Numbered from the stretch's first letter, positions 40,083-50,324 are shown. The stretch: DNA of 64,000 bases from Octopus sinensis (GCF_006345805.1 NC_043002.1:35216001-35280000); one strand, 5' to 3'. Notes: generated by a model not told the origin, from the letters alone. Translations and numbers: made by a program.

Positions 40083-43000
40083 GATATCTTTTACCACTAG
40101 TCAAAATAAAATGTTTTAACCCTGTAGTATTTAAACAAGCCATATCAGTCCCAAATATTTGTAGGAAGTGAGGTTGGCACTGGTTGAGTGCTTCACAATT
40201 CCTTACATAGTTGTAGAAAGGAAAATAGTGGGAACAAGAATCTCTGAACAAATAACAATAATTTATTTCGCCAAAATAAGCATTTCATCTCTGGACATCG
40301 ATAGCCTGGATGCCTTGGGGGTCGAAGCAGCAGAGTTGGTTTAAATCACAAGTATGAAGGCATTCTTCACCGATTCGCCTAGGTCATATTTGCCTTCACA
40401 CAGAGCTTGTCTGAGCTGTGTCTAGCTCGGTTGGCGGCAGGTGCAAAGAGAGAAAATAGCGGTCAAGCCTAGCTGCTGCTGATGACTGCTCATGCACATA
40501 AGGGACTTCCGGTTGGCCTTCCAGAAGACTAATCCTTGTGCATGTGCGGATGAAAATCCCAAAATGGCATCTGGAACCAGGCATCACTACATATTCTATC
40601 TGTTTTGTGTGCAAACTGGCCAGATATGGACATGTATAAAAATAAACAAGAAGATAAATAAATATATAAGGAGAAATAAGGAGAGAAGAGGAAGAAAGTA
40701 AAGGAAGATAATGTAAACAATACAAAATAAAATAAAATAAAATGAAAGGTACTCAAAGAGAATAGTAGATGCCAGTGCCTTTCTTCTAGCTTTTAGGGGT
40801 TGGGGCAGGAAGTCAAGTAGTAAGTGTTTGTGTCTGTTTTATGGTTAAAGTCAGTGGCTATAGAAATATTTTTAGTTATGAGGGTATGAGTAGTGTGTAG
40901 GTAGGCATGAATGGAGAAACCTGTTAAATGTTAAATTATTTAAGAATAAGGATTACAACTAAGGATTGGGGGATCTATTAGGTTATGGTTTTAAAATAAA
41001 TGAAAGAATTAACAGTTATCTTCTAAGGTACTAAGGTTGATAGAAAAGATATACAAAGGTGTGTAATAATGACATGGAGGTATGTATGTGAGTGTTATGT
41101 GTGAGGGGTAACTTTACACGTGGATTTATGGAAGAATTTAAAAGTGTGGAAGAATTTGTCTTTACACGTTGTGAAGGCTTCATTGTGTTTGTTGAATAAT
41201 TTTGGTGAGTTATGGGTTAAAATTTTGAGGGTTTCTTTTAGGCAGTTTACAAGTGGAGTGCTGGCCTTGATATGGAATGCCAGAATCTATTATAGCCCAA
41301 GATAACCTATATTGTATTTTTCTGTTAATTAGACGGTGTACGTAACTGGTTAGTGATGTGGAATTGATATGCTCTTTATATTTAAATGAGTTTAAATGTG
41401 CATATCTTTGTTTAAAATTAGTGGTTGATCCAATATAGTAGCTATTGGAGTTATTTAATATGTTGTGGATGGTACATTGGTATACCATGTTGAATCTTCT
41501 GCATTGGGCTCACAGTGGGCAGTCAGTCTCAGATCTGCAGTTGCAGCTGTCTGTTCTAAGATGGTTAGTTGAAGAGAGGGATGAAGTAGTGCTATTTGCA
41601 GATAAGTTGAAGGCTAGGGTTGTATTAGGTGATTGGTTCATGTTATTTTGTTAACATTGCCATTATTACTATTAACATTATCACCACCACCATTACCATT
41701 ATTACCACTATTATTGTTATCACCATTGCTATTATAATAATAATAATTATTATTATTACAATTAGTAGTAATAGTAGTAGCAGCAGCAGCAGTGGTAGTG
41801 GTATTGGTATTAGTATTATTGCTAATATTATTAGTAGTTGTAGTAGAAGTATACAATGACCAGCAAAAAGATTTTAGAGATCAGCTGATTTTTCATGTGC
41901 TCCAATTAGTTTTCTCTTCTTTGAACATCTATCTATCTATCTTTCTATCAATCTATCAATATACACACACAGAAGTAAGATTAGATGTGCTTCATGCATG
42001 ACAAGCCACATAAGTTTTCAGTTAATTGTGTTAAACTCCCACCATCCCTTGTCTGCATCCAATGGTGGGCTATGGTGTAATATAAAAAACACAGTAATAA
42101 TAAGAGAAAGGAACATGAGCATAACTTAGTGCTCATTTATTCCAATTGTTACATATGTTTTGGTACTTGGCAAGATTTGACATCACATTACAGATGCACC
42201 CAGTAGGTGAGACTCCTAAAGTTTCATGCCCTGTGCCTACAGCAGAAGGGATTATTATTAGTAGTATCATTATTCATTATTATTATTATTTTACTATCAA
42301 CATTATTATTGTCTTATCATTGCTATCACCATAGCTATCTTATATAGATACATAATTGTTTACATATGCATGCTAGCCTATCAGTATGTGTGGTCATGTA
42401 CATACATGTGTATGTAAATATATGTATGCGTTCGTATGTAGATGTGAGTGTGTGTTAGTATGTGTATTTATGTTTGTGTTTGTAGGTATATATACATGTG
42501 TATATGTGTATGTATGCACATATACACATGGGTATATATGTATGTGCATGCACACATATAGGTGCATGTGTGCATGTGTACATAACATATACACACACAC
42601 TTATGTGTATGTGTGTATATGTGTGTGAGTGTGTGCGTGTAGGTGTGTATCTGTATGCATGTGTGTGTGTATATGTGTATATGTATGTGTAGGCATGTAT
42701 CCAGTACATTCTGTAAAGTGGTTGGCATTAAGAAGGGCATCTAGCTGCAGAAACCAAGCCAAGACAAACTATGGAATTTGGTCTGGCCCCTGCCTTGCCA
42801 GCTCCTGTCAAGCAATACAACCCATGCCAGCATGGAAAACAGACGTTAAATGACGATGATGTATATACATATTTATATGTTTACAATTGTATATATGTAT
42901 GTGTGCATGTGTGTGTGTATAAAAATACATGTGGGTTGCTGAAAAGTTCATGGCTTTAAAGGCATCATGAAAGGCCTGGTTAGAACCACAACATTCTGAG

Positions 43001-43942
43001 TTATTTTACATAGCTTAGTTAAACTGAAGGACCACTGAATTAAGTATGTGAATCTGAGAGGGGAATATGTTGAATAAAATCATAATTAACCGATCCTCCT
43101 GTATTTTCTTTTATGCAAAGCGAGGATCTTTTTAACACCCCCTCGTATATATGTGTTTGTGAGTGAATATTTATTTGTGTGTTTGTACATCCATGTATGT
43201 GCTTGTATACTCACACATCTGGCTATTTGTGTGCGTACACAAGGGGATGTGTGTTTATGTACACATGTATATGTGTATATGTATGTAGGAAAATATGTGT
43301 GTGTATGCACATATTGATGTGTGTATACATGCATATAGTGAGTGAACCAGGTAATGATTGATGGATCAATTGGGATTAGGACAGCACAACTGGCTCTTAA
43401 GAAGTATTATTGTACCACTTAATCTTAGCAGCTGCTTTCTTCATGTTCTTCCCCTGCCTTATATTGTCAAGTAAAAGCAACTGAAGTCCCCTTTCTTACC
43501 CAGTAAATTACCCACCCCTAGTAACACCAGTCCATCCAGTGATTATGTCAATCAGCTAGCCTACCTCCTCCCCTTTTGGTATGTTCCTCTAGTGTATAAA
43601 TTTGGTTGCTGCTTGTCTCTAACTTGTATTTATTTATTAATTGTCAGATGATGTGTTTGCTCCATGTTTGCCCTAAAAGCTGCACATATTGGGTGCATAT
43701 CTAGTGTGATGTAGTGTGTTGCCAAATACTGTAACATATGTAACAACTGGAAAAAAAGAATACCAAGTTATGCCCATGTTTTTTTTTTCTCTCATATATA
43801 TAGGGGCAGGCGTGACTGTGTGATATTCCGGGCTCAGTCACACTGCATGGCACCTTGGGCAAGTGTCTTCTACTATTGCCTTGGACCAACCAAAGCCTTG
43901 TAAGTGGATTTGGTAAGTGGAAACTGGAAGAAGCCCATCGTG

Positions 43943-43997
<55 letters not shown>

Positions 43998-44472
43998 TCA
44001 TCATCAACGTTTAACGTCTGCTTTCCATGCTGGCATGGGTTGGACGATTTGACTGAGGACTGGCGAACCAGATGACTGCACCAGGCTCTAATCTGATCTG
44101 GCAGAGTTTCTACAGCAGGATGCCCTTCCTAACACCAACCACTCTGAGTGTGTAGTGGATGCTTTTACATGCCACCAGCATGAGGGCCAGTCAGGTAGTA
44201 CTGGCAACAGCCACGCTCAAATGGTGTTTTTTTACATACCACCTGCACAGGAGCCAGTCCAGTGGCATTGTCAATGACCTTGCTTGAATATTTTTTCACG
44301 TGCCAGTAAGGCGACGCTGGTAACAATCATGCTCGAATGGCGCTTTTTACATGCCACTGGCACGGAAGCCAGTCAGCTACTCTGGCAATGATCACGCTTG
44401 GATGGTGCTCTTAGAGCTCCACTAGCATGGATGTCAATCATTGAATTTGATTTCAAGAATGTGTGTGTGTGT

Positions 44473-44520
<48 letters not shown>

Positions 44521-46417
44521 TTGTGTATGTGTGTTTGTCCCCCCGCCATTGCTTGATAATCGATGTTGGTGTGTTTATGTCCCTGTAACTTAGTGGTTTG
44601 GCAAAAGAGACCGATAGAACACGTACTAGGCTTACAAAGAATAAGTCCTAGGATCAATTTCTTCAACTAACACCCTTTAAGGTGGTGCTCCAGCATGGCT
44701 ACAGGCAAATGACTGAAACAAGTAAAAGAATAAAAGAACAAAAGAAAAATATATATATATATGAATTTAATTATGTTCTTTAATTAATAGGAACTCAACA
44801 ATGAAAACCATTGAGGGGAAAAAAATGAAGCAAGTCTTCAGCTATTATCAGTGTGGAAAATCCAATCGAGAAATAGGTTGATTTATCTGGTCTTAATCAT
44901 TAAACAGTGATAACAGACAAAGTTAAGAGGTGGGTTGAAAAAAGCCATTGCAAGAGTAAAGAAGAGATCTGGGAAACAAGAAATTTTCTGAGAGAGTAAA
45001 GGGAGAAGTTGAATAAGAAAAGTTTCAGATTCTATGGATGTGTCACCATATTATATAAGAACAGTATTAAAAGACATTTGATGTGAATGAAGATTTACAA
45101 GGAAGAAGTCAATGATTTTAAAAGCTAATAAGAGCAACAGGTTCAGCTAGGATAAAGAGTTCTGCAACAAGGTAAACAATAATACAGTCTGATAAAAGCA
45201 AATTCTACCAAATTTCCAATTTAAGCAGATATATATGTGTGACACAAGTGACACAATATAGCTGAAACATGAGACCCAGATTGTTTGCCAGAACAGTTAA
45301 ACAGGCAGTTGGAATTACAATATCAGGAGTAGTTTGAGAAGAAAACAGATCAGAGATCATTTTTGTTGAAAATCATTTAAATGGCCCAAAATATTATCAA
45401 ATACTTAAACCCAACTATTCCTATGTAGGCATTGTTAAGAAGATCAGTCATTTTCAAGAAAATGGAGATTCAGAAAGAAAGCAAGGAATCATATCTCTAA
45501 AATGGGTTGTTTTGAGCAGCCTGTCTCAGAGATTTGATTCTTAATCCAATAGAGCATGGGAATATCTTGATAAATGGCTGTAAAACTGTCAAAAATTACA
45601 GCAATTATGGAGTTGGATGAAGCATTCAACAAAGAGGTAATAAACATGCATTAGTCTGTCATAGATAATTTAATCAAATTCATGCTTAATTGGATGAAAA
45701 CCATGATATTAACTAAAAGAAGGCCTTCGATATTTAAGACAGACTTCATTTTGAATAATTTTCCTTGAAATGATTATAAGTTAACTTTGTATCTTATTAC
45801 CCTGGCTATAAAGTTATTTAGAAAATCTCATAATTAAGTAAAGTAGAAAAATTAACATTGTGTTTTATTACACTGGCAATAAAATTATAGCAGGTCTTTG
45901 TGTTACTGAGATATATTCCATTAACTGAAGACAGATGAAAAGCAAAGTAAGCACCAATGGTATTTTAACTCAAAATTCAGAGGAAAAAAGACTGTAAGAC
46001 ATTAACAAAGGATTCCAAACTCAGGCTCAAGGACATATGTTTTGTATAGTAAAAAAAAAAAACCCCAAAAAAACCCAACACAGCATGTGATTGGTACTTA
46101 TTTTAATGAGAGTAAAAATGTGAAAGGGAAAATCAAAATCTTACATTGTAAATGGATGCAACAATATATCACAAAGCATTTTGTATATTGTTTACAGGTT
46201 TTACCAATTTCCCACTTTTTGAAAATAATCCTAATGATTTTCACTCTATAGTCATTTTATAAAAAAATCTTTTCTGCCAGATGCCCTTCCTGTTGCCAAA
46301 CCCTACCTGTTTCAAACAAGGAAATATTTCCCCATGGCCAGACATGCTTTTGCATGATACTGGGAATGAATGGCATTCATCTACAATAATCAGATGATGT
46401 CAAGACAAGGCACTACA

Positions 46418-46460
<43 letters not shown>

Positions 46461-46810
46461 GAACTTCTTTGAGTTTCTGTCTATCAAATCTACTCAAAAG
46501 GCTTTGGTTGATTGAGGACTAGAGTAGAAGACACTTGCTCAAGGTACCACACAGTGGAACTCAAACCAAAACCACCTGGTTAGAGAACAAACCTCTTAAC
46601 AACACAGCTATGCCTATGCATATAACCACTCTAAAATTTAAAAAATGATACATACCTTATCAAAACAATTAAAACCTCCATGAAGAGTGTTTGGATCACT
46701 ATTAACATCTAATTTATATGTGGTTCCATCAATTGTAAACTGCCCATTTGCAATTCTGTTAGCCACTCTGCCAATTATACCACCAATGTACAAATCTTGA
46801 TCTTCATATC
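621..46810 (-). CDS. GALM: Galactose mutarotase / aldose 1-epimerase gene, exons 2-7 (5'-incomplete, exon 1 not in window): join complement(46656-46810,16886-17095,9457-9538,6977-7112,2860-3031,621-734)
   Basis: The six exons splice in frame (869 nt) with AG/GT boundaries. Motifs [31 protein letters not shown] and YPGE match GalM-family motifs. Exon sizes 155/210/82/136/172/114 parallel human GALM 155/207/82/142/175/78 as I recall them. Confidence 0.96.
1165..1390 (-). mobile_element. Decayed tRNA-derived SINE with a V/Meta-SINE-like core
   Basis: The minus strand has a tRNA-like head (ttggcttattgttgggg...ttttgattccc) followed by ctccactctactcagctgtaaataagta, which resembles conserved SINE core motifs. 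Confidence 0.5.
2236..2390 (-). mobile_element. RTE LINE 3'-end relic
   Basis: Minus translation [16 protein letters not shown] resembles the C-terminus of the RTE at 13190-13296, and it ends in an ATG/ATC-type repeat tail. Confidence 0.6.
2414..2785 (-). mobile_element. SINE family B (tRNA-like head, central CA microsatellite, RTE-like 3' tail), 5'-truncated
   Basis: Contains gcaccttgagcaaatgtcttctactata, the ggaagggtgtctgacc motif and a (GAT)n tail. Related copies lie at about 46270-46620, 55215-55380, 55880-56060, 61090-61505 and 50960-51310. Confidence 0.75.
2860..3031 (-). CDS. GALM: GALM exon 6: (L)[57 protein letters not shown]
   Basis: Acceptor ttttcaaattatag|G and donor GAA|gtaagt; 172 nt; carries the catalytic Glu motif CLETQ. 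Confidence 0.96.
3692..4160 (-). mobile_element. L1/Tx1-like LINE 3' fragment (ORF2 C-terminus plus 3' UTR)
   Basis: Minus ORF ends [41 protein letters not shown], then about 330 nt of UTR ending gtgtggctaataaagaaa. The clade assignment rests on my recollection of similar C-termini. Confidence 0.55.
4770..4989. mobile_element. piggyBac-like MITE
   Basis: Termini CCCTTTAGCATT ... AATACTAAAAAG are imperfect inverted repeats flanked by TTGA/TTAA (TTAA target site). A related copy starts at 40120. Confidence 0.7.
5756..6965 (-). mobile_element. Mariner (DD34D) transposon, near full length, transposase pseudogene
   Basis: TIRs TTGG(A/G)TCATCCCATAAATAAT at both ends; flanks TA and CA. Minus ORFs [18 protein letters not shown]... 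and [13 protein letters not shown]...LSVWWDMK. Confidence 0.93.
6977..7112 (-). CDS. GALM: GALM exon 5: (G)[44 protein letters not shown](L)
   Basis: Acceptor ttccttccattccag|GA and donor TT|gtaagt; 136 nt, phase 1 to phase 2; GEI-PV-GT and GYDH motifs. Confidence 0.93.
7480..8720 (-). mobile_element. Old RTE LINE relic (RT and Cys-finger region)
   Basis: Minus translation [13 protein letters not shown]...[10 protein letters not shown]; the sequence is collinear with 11400-12840 of the younger RTE. Confidence 0.8.
9457..9538 (-). CDS. GALM: GALM exon 4: [27 protein letters not shown](G)
   Basis: Acceptor attttttaatag|GGA and donor ACAG|gtaaat; 82 nt, same size as the human exon; YLPVD motif. 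Not present in the ORF track. Confidence 0.9.
10253..10436 (+). mobile_element. RTE 3'-UTR fragment (short 5'-truncated copy)
   Basis: ggcaggtaaaaagcaccc...ttaggaagg...cccatgtcagcatg...gttaaatgatgatgat matches 13920-14113. Confidence 0.75.
10575..14113 (+). mobile_element. Young RTE-clade LINE, 5'-truncated within the endonuclease: partial APE endonuclease, RT, Cys finger, 3' UTR and (GAT)n tail
   Basis: Motifs [46 protein letters not shown] and YADD (12340-12351). Stop at 13296; six 1-nt frameshifts and no in-frame stops. Possible 6-bp TSD ACATGC (10584-10589 / 14113-14118). Confidence 0.96.
13381..13828 (+). repeat. Tandem array of about 2.8 copies of a 159-160 bp unit inside the RTE 3' UTR
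   Basis: CGACAG(A/G)CACCCATGCCAACC recurs at 13381, 13540 and 13700, and the copies are nearly identical. Confidence 0.95.
16886..17095 (-). CDS. GALM: GALM exon 3: [70 protein letters not shown]
   Basis: Acceptor tttttag|GTG and donor CAT|gtaagt; 210 nt, phase 0-0; carries the catalytic His motif NHAYFNL. Confidence 0.96.
17987..18034 (+). ncRNA. Decayed minimal hammerhead-like motif
   Basis: TTAGCT-CTGAGTGA-(16 nt)-GAAA-CAGCTG-TA-AGCTGA. Helix I has 6 bp and helix III is palindromic, but the core has a 1-nt insertion and helix II is poor. Confidence 0.35.
20335..20950 (-). mobile_element. 5'-truncated RTE copy (ORF terminus plus 3' UTR) embedded in (TA)n
   Basis: Minus strand starts aagacccagcaagccaagtgag (compare 13276-13296) and ends gttaaacgatgatgatg; (TA)n lies on both sides. 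Similar copies lie at 23290-23760(-), 25925-26235(+), 42690-42860(+), 43995-44450(-), 52937-53140(+) and 57500-57868(+). Confidence 0.85.
22040..23200 (+). mobile_element. Old RTE (BovB/RTE-1-like) LINE relic, a different lineage from the 10.6-14.1 kb copy
   Basis: Translation [17 protein letters not shown]...VFNLQ*L...FELQ*AN...[10 protein letters not shown], with a C-terminal C..C...FGLHS remnant and many stops. Confidence 0.75.
25728..25773 (+). ncRNA. Minimal hammerhead-like motif with a variant core
   Basis: AAAACTGT-TCGACGA-ATG GGGA CGT-GAAA-CTC T GAG-TA-AGAGTTTT. Helix I pairs 7/8, helix II has a GNRA loop and the site is GUA, but the core reads UCGACGA rather than CUGANGA. Confidence 0.5.
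26237..26820. repeat. Compound (TA)n/(TACA)n microsatellite tract
   Basis: Visible directly; the source of Y/I-rich spurious ORFs. Confidence 0.95.
26843..29435 (+). mobile_element. Internally deleted Gypsy (K02A2.6-like) LTR retrotransposon with both LTRs
   Basis: Diverged direct repeats at 26843-27050 and 29214-29435 both start with TG. PBS TGGCAACAAG (CpG-decayed TGGCGACGAG) follows the 5' LTR, and PPT AAAAAGGGGG precedes the 3' LTR. Gag-like frames include [13 protein letters not shown] and [18 protein letters not shown]; the integrase C-terminus reads [28 protein letters not shown]. Confidence 0.85.
28040..28800 (-). mobile_element. 5'-truncated RTE copy nested in the Gypsy relic
   Basis: Minus [41 protein letters not shown] matches RTE 12860-12980 and is followed by the 3' UTR and tail. 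Confidence 0.85.
29507..30780 (+). mobile_element. Mariner (DD34D) transposon, full length (1274 bp), decayed; same family as 5756-6965
   Basis: TIRs TTGGCTCATCCCATAAATAATGC / GCATTATTTATGGGATAACCCA with TA flanks; motifs VTGDEKW, DNAQPH and [11 protein letters not shown]. Confidence 0.94.
30781..32280. repeat. Long compound (TA)n/(TG)n/(CA)n tract, interrupted at about 31500-31710 by a Penelope-type fragment
   Basis: Visible directly. Confidence 0.95.
31602..31638 (-). ncRNA. Minimal type I hammerhead ribozyme motif (Penelope-type)
   Basis: Minus strand: TGTTT-CTGATGA-A-GAGC TTT GCTC-GAAA-CG-TT-AAACA. Helix I 5 bp, helix II 4 bp, palindromic ACGU in place of helix III, GUU cleavage triplet. 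Confidence 0.75.
32283..33245 (+). mobile_element. Tc1 (DD34E-type) transposon, 3'-truncated pseudogene
   Basis: TA|CAGAGGTTGGACAAAA left end; [12 protein letters not shown]...[12 protein letters not shown] region; [15 protein letters not shown] and FQDDNAPIH. No right TIR seen. Confidence 0.88.
34409..34549 (-). mobile_element. Short SINE family C copy
   Basis: Minus strand: ggcagtgagctggcagaaac...ctggggtcgatataatc...tctgtgtttagcccattgtgggtagtaaagaaa. Confidence 0.7.
35400..35636 (+). repeat. Tandem duplication with a period of about 152 bp
   Basis: gtgtctggttttagtttcactttg...acaaacaaa.agacagaatctctct occurs at 35431 and 35583. Confidence 0.85.
35640..36440. repeat. Long (TA)n/(TACA)n microsatellite
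   Basis: Visible directly. Confidence 0.95.
36488..36642. repeat. 155-bp near-perfect inverted repeat (fold-back or MITE-like)
   Basis: 75-bp arms (TCGTGACGTATATTTGCC...CCCAGGAG) around a 5-nt loop GACAT, with 4 transition mismatches. Confidence 0.92.
37841..38147 (-). mobile_element. CpG-rich (young) tRNA-derived SINE in (TA)n
   Basis: Head GGAGGCGCAATGGCTCAGTGGTTAGGGCAGCGG...GGTTTTGATTCCC has an intact A box and an imperfect B box, followed by a non-tRNA body. Confidence 0.8.
38362..38397 (-). ncRNA. Minimal hammerhead-like motif, sister of 31602-31638, variant core
   Basis: Minus strand: CTTT-CTGTAGA-A-GAGC GTAG GCTC-GAAA-CG-TA-AAAG. Same helix II stem with a different loop; core CUGUAGA. 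Confidence 0.55.
40120..40630. mobile_element. Truncated piggyBac-like MITE split by a solo LTR
   Basis: TTAA|CCCTGTAGTATTTAAAC..GCCATATC..CCAAATATTT resumes at 40592 as TATTCTATCTGTTTT..CAAACTGGCCAGAT, collinear with 4770-4850. Confidence 0.75.
40161..40591 (-). mobile_element. Solo LTR (431 bp)
   Basis: TGTAG...CTACA termini, 5-bp TSD TATTT/TATTC, and AATAAA on the minus strand at 40262-40267. Confidence 0.8.
41100..41640 (-). mobile_element. Penelope-like element GIY-YIG endonuclease relic
   Basis: [23 protein letters not shown]...[32 protein letters not shown]....YRLSW.II..GIPY....TCKL-CLKE, the PLE-type GIY-YIG with Cys motifs. Confidence 0.85.
41650..41830. repeat. Mixed trinucleotide repeat (ATT/ACC/AGT/AGC)
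   Basis: Visible directly. Confidence 0.9.
42928..43145. mobile_element. Non-autonomous Tc1/mariner MITE (218 bp)
   Basis: TA|CATGTGGGTTGCTGAAAAGTTCATGGCTTT ... AAAGCGAGGATCTTTTTAACACCCCCTCG|TA: imperfect TIRs with TA TSD. Confidence 0.7.
44555..44745 (+). mobile_element. SINE 3' portion (gatagaa.aagtactagg / ggtggtgctccagcatggc / gactgaaacaagtaaaagaa)
   Basis: Near-identical modules at about 200-322 and 51690-51880. Confidence 0.7.
45200..45720 (+). mobile_element. Highly decayed Tc1 transposase fragment
   Basis: Remnants gacccagattgtttgccagaacagttaaac (DPDC..TVK-like) and cttaatccaatagagcat (LNPIEH). Confidence 0.5.
46656..46810 (-). CDS. GALM: GALM exon 2: (G)[51 protein letters not shown]
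   Basis: Acceptor ...ccttactatggtag|GA and donor AAG|gtatgt; 155 nt, phase 1 to phase 0; carries the Asn-Arg pair and LHGG His. Confidence 0.95.
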
Positions 46811-47313
46811 CTACCATAGTAAGGAAAAAACAAAAAAAAAAGATATGATAAAAGTTACTTATTAAATATAATTCTTTTCAGTTCAACAGTTTATATACAT
46901 GAAAAAAAAAATATTTGCATAAAACTAATAATTTGTATGCATTTTGCAGAACATTCTTAACCCCTATAGATGCTTTTGATCTACCATTAGGACAAGAATG
47001 AGGGGTAGAGATGAAAATAGCAAGAACACAATATCAGCAAACAATTTATTTGCTGAAAGTAAAAAACAAAGCCAACAGGTGTATTTAGGCTCAGAGTTCT
47101 GGCTACTTCTGGCTGACAAGACACATGTCAAAACATCAATAACCCCGAATGCCATGTGCCAATGAATGAAGTGTGTTGAACAGATTGTCATCATAAAAAG
47201 AAGTTATTCTCCTATGATGTACACTATAGTGACCAGCATATTTTGTATTGGAAAGAATAATTATGGAAATAATGTTATCTAGGAAATGAAAAATTTTAAT
47301 GAAAAACCTGTGT

Positions 47314-47347
<34 letters not shown>

Positions 47348-47862
47348 TGTGTGTGTGTGTGTGTGTGCGTGCATGCATGTATGCCAGTATGTGTGTGTGT
47401 GTGTGTGTGTGTGTGCATACACATGTGTATTTTTGCATGGTGGCATTGAAATTTGTGTCTGGGCTTGAAGTAAAGCATTTAGAGTAGGGAAACTTAAAAA
47501 TGACATTTTCATTGATTTGGGTATATTCTTTTTATTTGAAAAGTTTGGGACATAGTCCTTTCATAAAAAAAAAACTAAAGGCTGAAATAGTTATCAGTCA
47601 TCTTGCTTTCACTTGACATTAGTTACTTAATTATGAAGATATAGATAGTGGCATTCATGTCATACAAATATACACTGCTACTATTAATCTAATGATATAC
47701 AGATGTCCCAGCATGAAACATTTTTCATCTGACAAATTGAAGCAATTATCAAATTATATCATAACACAGACACAGAAGCACATATGCCCACATACACATA
47801 TTGCGTATATACGTATATATATATATATCAACATATTTGCTCATGCAAACTTACATTCAAGC

Positions 47863-47904
<42 letters not shown>

Positions 47905-48283
47905 GTTTACAACTGAGGAACCCTCCACAAGGTTGCATGAGCCAGTAGTTAAATAACACTCAAATAACCTTTCAAAAATAATAAGCTATAGTGGATACTA
48001 TCACCCTTGATCTGCAAAATGACAAAATTTTCATGGCCCAAATAACTCTGAATACCAATCCACTCACTCAGAGCTGACCTTGGATTAAGTAACAATAACA
48101 GACCAATGACACATATGTATATGGTAAAGAGAGAACATTTCTTGCTATTGGATAGAGACAAGGGTTAGGTGAAATAAAGGAATGTGAGGCATTTATTGAT
48201 GCATGTAGGCAAGAAAAAAAACCCATTGTATAAATTTGGTTTTTCTGTATATGTTTACAGGTGAATATTGTGTCATAATTTAG

Positions 48284-48555
48284 AATGACTCCACACAGAG
48301 TTGATTGTAGGAATATTCTTGTGAATTAAAATATCTAGCTACAGGTTTGAAGACTGTTTGGATATTATTCCAAACATCATGAAACTGCTTGCAGAAGTGG
48401 TCAGCAAGATGATATTGGTGTGTAGGTGTAACCTGATGCACATGGTGATCACATCTGATGTCAGAAATAACATCCAAACAATCAACAAACCAGTATCTTA
48501 AATTTCAATTCACCAGCCCATTCTTTCAATCAATTCTTTCTGTGTGGAGTCATCC
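48284..48555 (-). mobile_element. Second Penelope-like GIY-YIG remnant with short inverted duplication
   Basis: HLADHFCKQFHDVWNN...KPVARYFNSQEYSYNQL resembles RL.DRF.EH..D...PVA.HFNS..HS. ATGACTCCACACAGA is inverted at 48284 and 48538-48552. Confidence 0.55.
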
Positions 48556-49329
48556 TACATTACAGCTCAACACTCACCCTTAACCACAGAAAAAGCTCAA
48601 ACTTTACTCTAGATTCTTTCTTGCACACATTCTTTTACCCCCATATAATTCATACTTTCTACAACAGCAGTCAAAGCCACTTTTATGCCAGGCATTGAGA
48701 GGCTAAATTATGGACAAGCACAGGTGTCTTGCTATAGAGGGGATACATCACTACCCTGCATTATATAAAGGTATATGGAGAATAGCTGGAAGAAAGAAAA
48801 GAGAGATGGTGGTGACGAGATGCCAGAAAATTTCAGGATACAAGATGGTGAGTATAAGAAAGGATACAAAGGAAAGGGATGAGTAAGAGATAATTAGAGA
48901 TGAAGGTAGAGAGTGGAGAACAAGGGTGGAGGTGCAGTTGAGAAATACCAGTGTGAAGAGTAAGGTGAGAGAGAGAGAGAGATGTGGCTCAGGAAGGAGA
49001 ATAGATTGGTAGGTAGGGGGATGATGTTCAAGGTGTAGGAGCAGTGGGAAGACAATGTAGAGTGTGCTATAGTAGGTGGGATGTGTCGGTAGATATGAGA
49101 GTATGTTGAGAATGATAGCAGATATGAGAGGTGCTAAGATGGGGAATGGCAGTGTGATGGTTGAAGTCATAGAATGATGATCAATGGAATTAGTGTGAAA
49201 AGGGATAACACTAAGAAAACCCATTTTCTCCCATGTATTCTATGTATTCTCCATGTTTAACAGTCTTTCATAGAAGAACTTCCATGTATTTTTCCTTTCA
49301 GAAACACTAAGTGCAAGTTTACCATTAGC

Positions 49330-49920
49330 TATCCACATATATTTCTCACCCACAATACATTGATTTTCTCTGTGGAAAATTTCCTTTCTGTTTCTACTTT
49401 TGCTATGTAAGCCTGTCACCTAGCTTCTTTTCTAGTTATCTGGTATATTTATTTGCAACCCCCATTCTTCTAATCCTTCCAGGTCTGTCTCTTCACTTTT
49501 ATAACACTGTCTGCCTCACTGTTCCACTGCAGATTTGGTCTGTAACTTTCAGTAGGTTGTCCCATAGGAACTCTTTTTCATAAAAAAGTTCAACTAGAAT
49601 GTCTTCTAAATATCTGTTTGCTGGGTCTTTGAATTTTCATATCCTTCTTTTCCAGACTGGTTTGTTTCTCTGATTCCATCTAGTGCTAAGTCTGACATCA
49701 CTAATCACCAAGTTATGAAGGGTTGTACATACCTGTAACCTCCAGTGCTGCCCAACATGTCTGTTAAGGCCAAAAATAATCAAGTCTGTCATTTGTCACT
49801 GAGGTAGTCTGCAAAAGGACCTCATTAAAATTAATCTTTATGGTCTACTAGCTGCTCCTTTCTTTCATTGTACCAACATTGATTGTGGCAGCCCTAAAGT
49901 TGTGAACTTAGAAGGAAGAG
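49330..49920 (-). mobile_element. Internally deleted RTE endonuclease-region relic
   Basis: Minus strand FRAATINVGTMKERSS, plus ttcctatgggacaacctactgaaagttacagaccaaatctg collinear with 11160-11400. Confidence 0.7.
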
Positions 49921-50293
49921 TGGGAAGACAGTTGGAGGACTGTTGTCAGCACCCAAAAAGATGCTGGCATACAGCTTTTGTACAAGGCTAATTTACTCAA
50001 TGAATTACAGTTTTAGCAATCCTGCAAACTGTCTAAGGCAAGTGCCAGCAAGGAGAGCAGGGAAAAGAAGGCCAAGTTTCAGGCGAGTCAAAAGAGAGAA
50101 GATGGGGTACATAACAAAGATTAAGATCTATATATGTAACCAAACATACGTAAGTATACATCCTGCATATAAAAATACACACATGTAAATGTACATATAT
50201 ATAACTCACATGCCTCCATGTGCATGTAAGCACGTGGTGGCTAAAGGGAATACACCCAAATATCATATTTATACATAAAAAAGGATATATATA

Positions 50294-50324
<31 letters not shown>

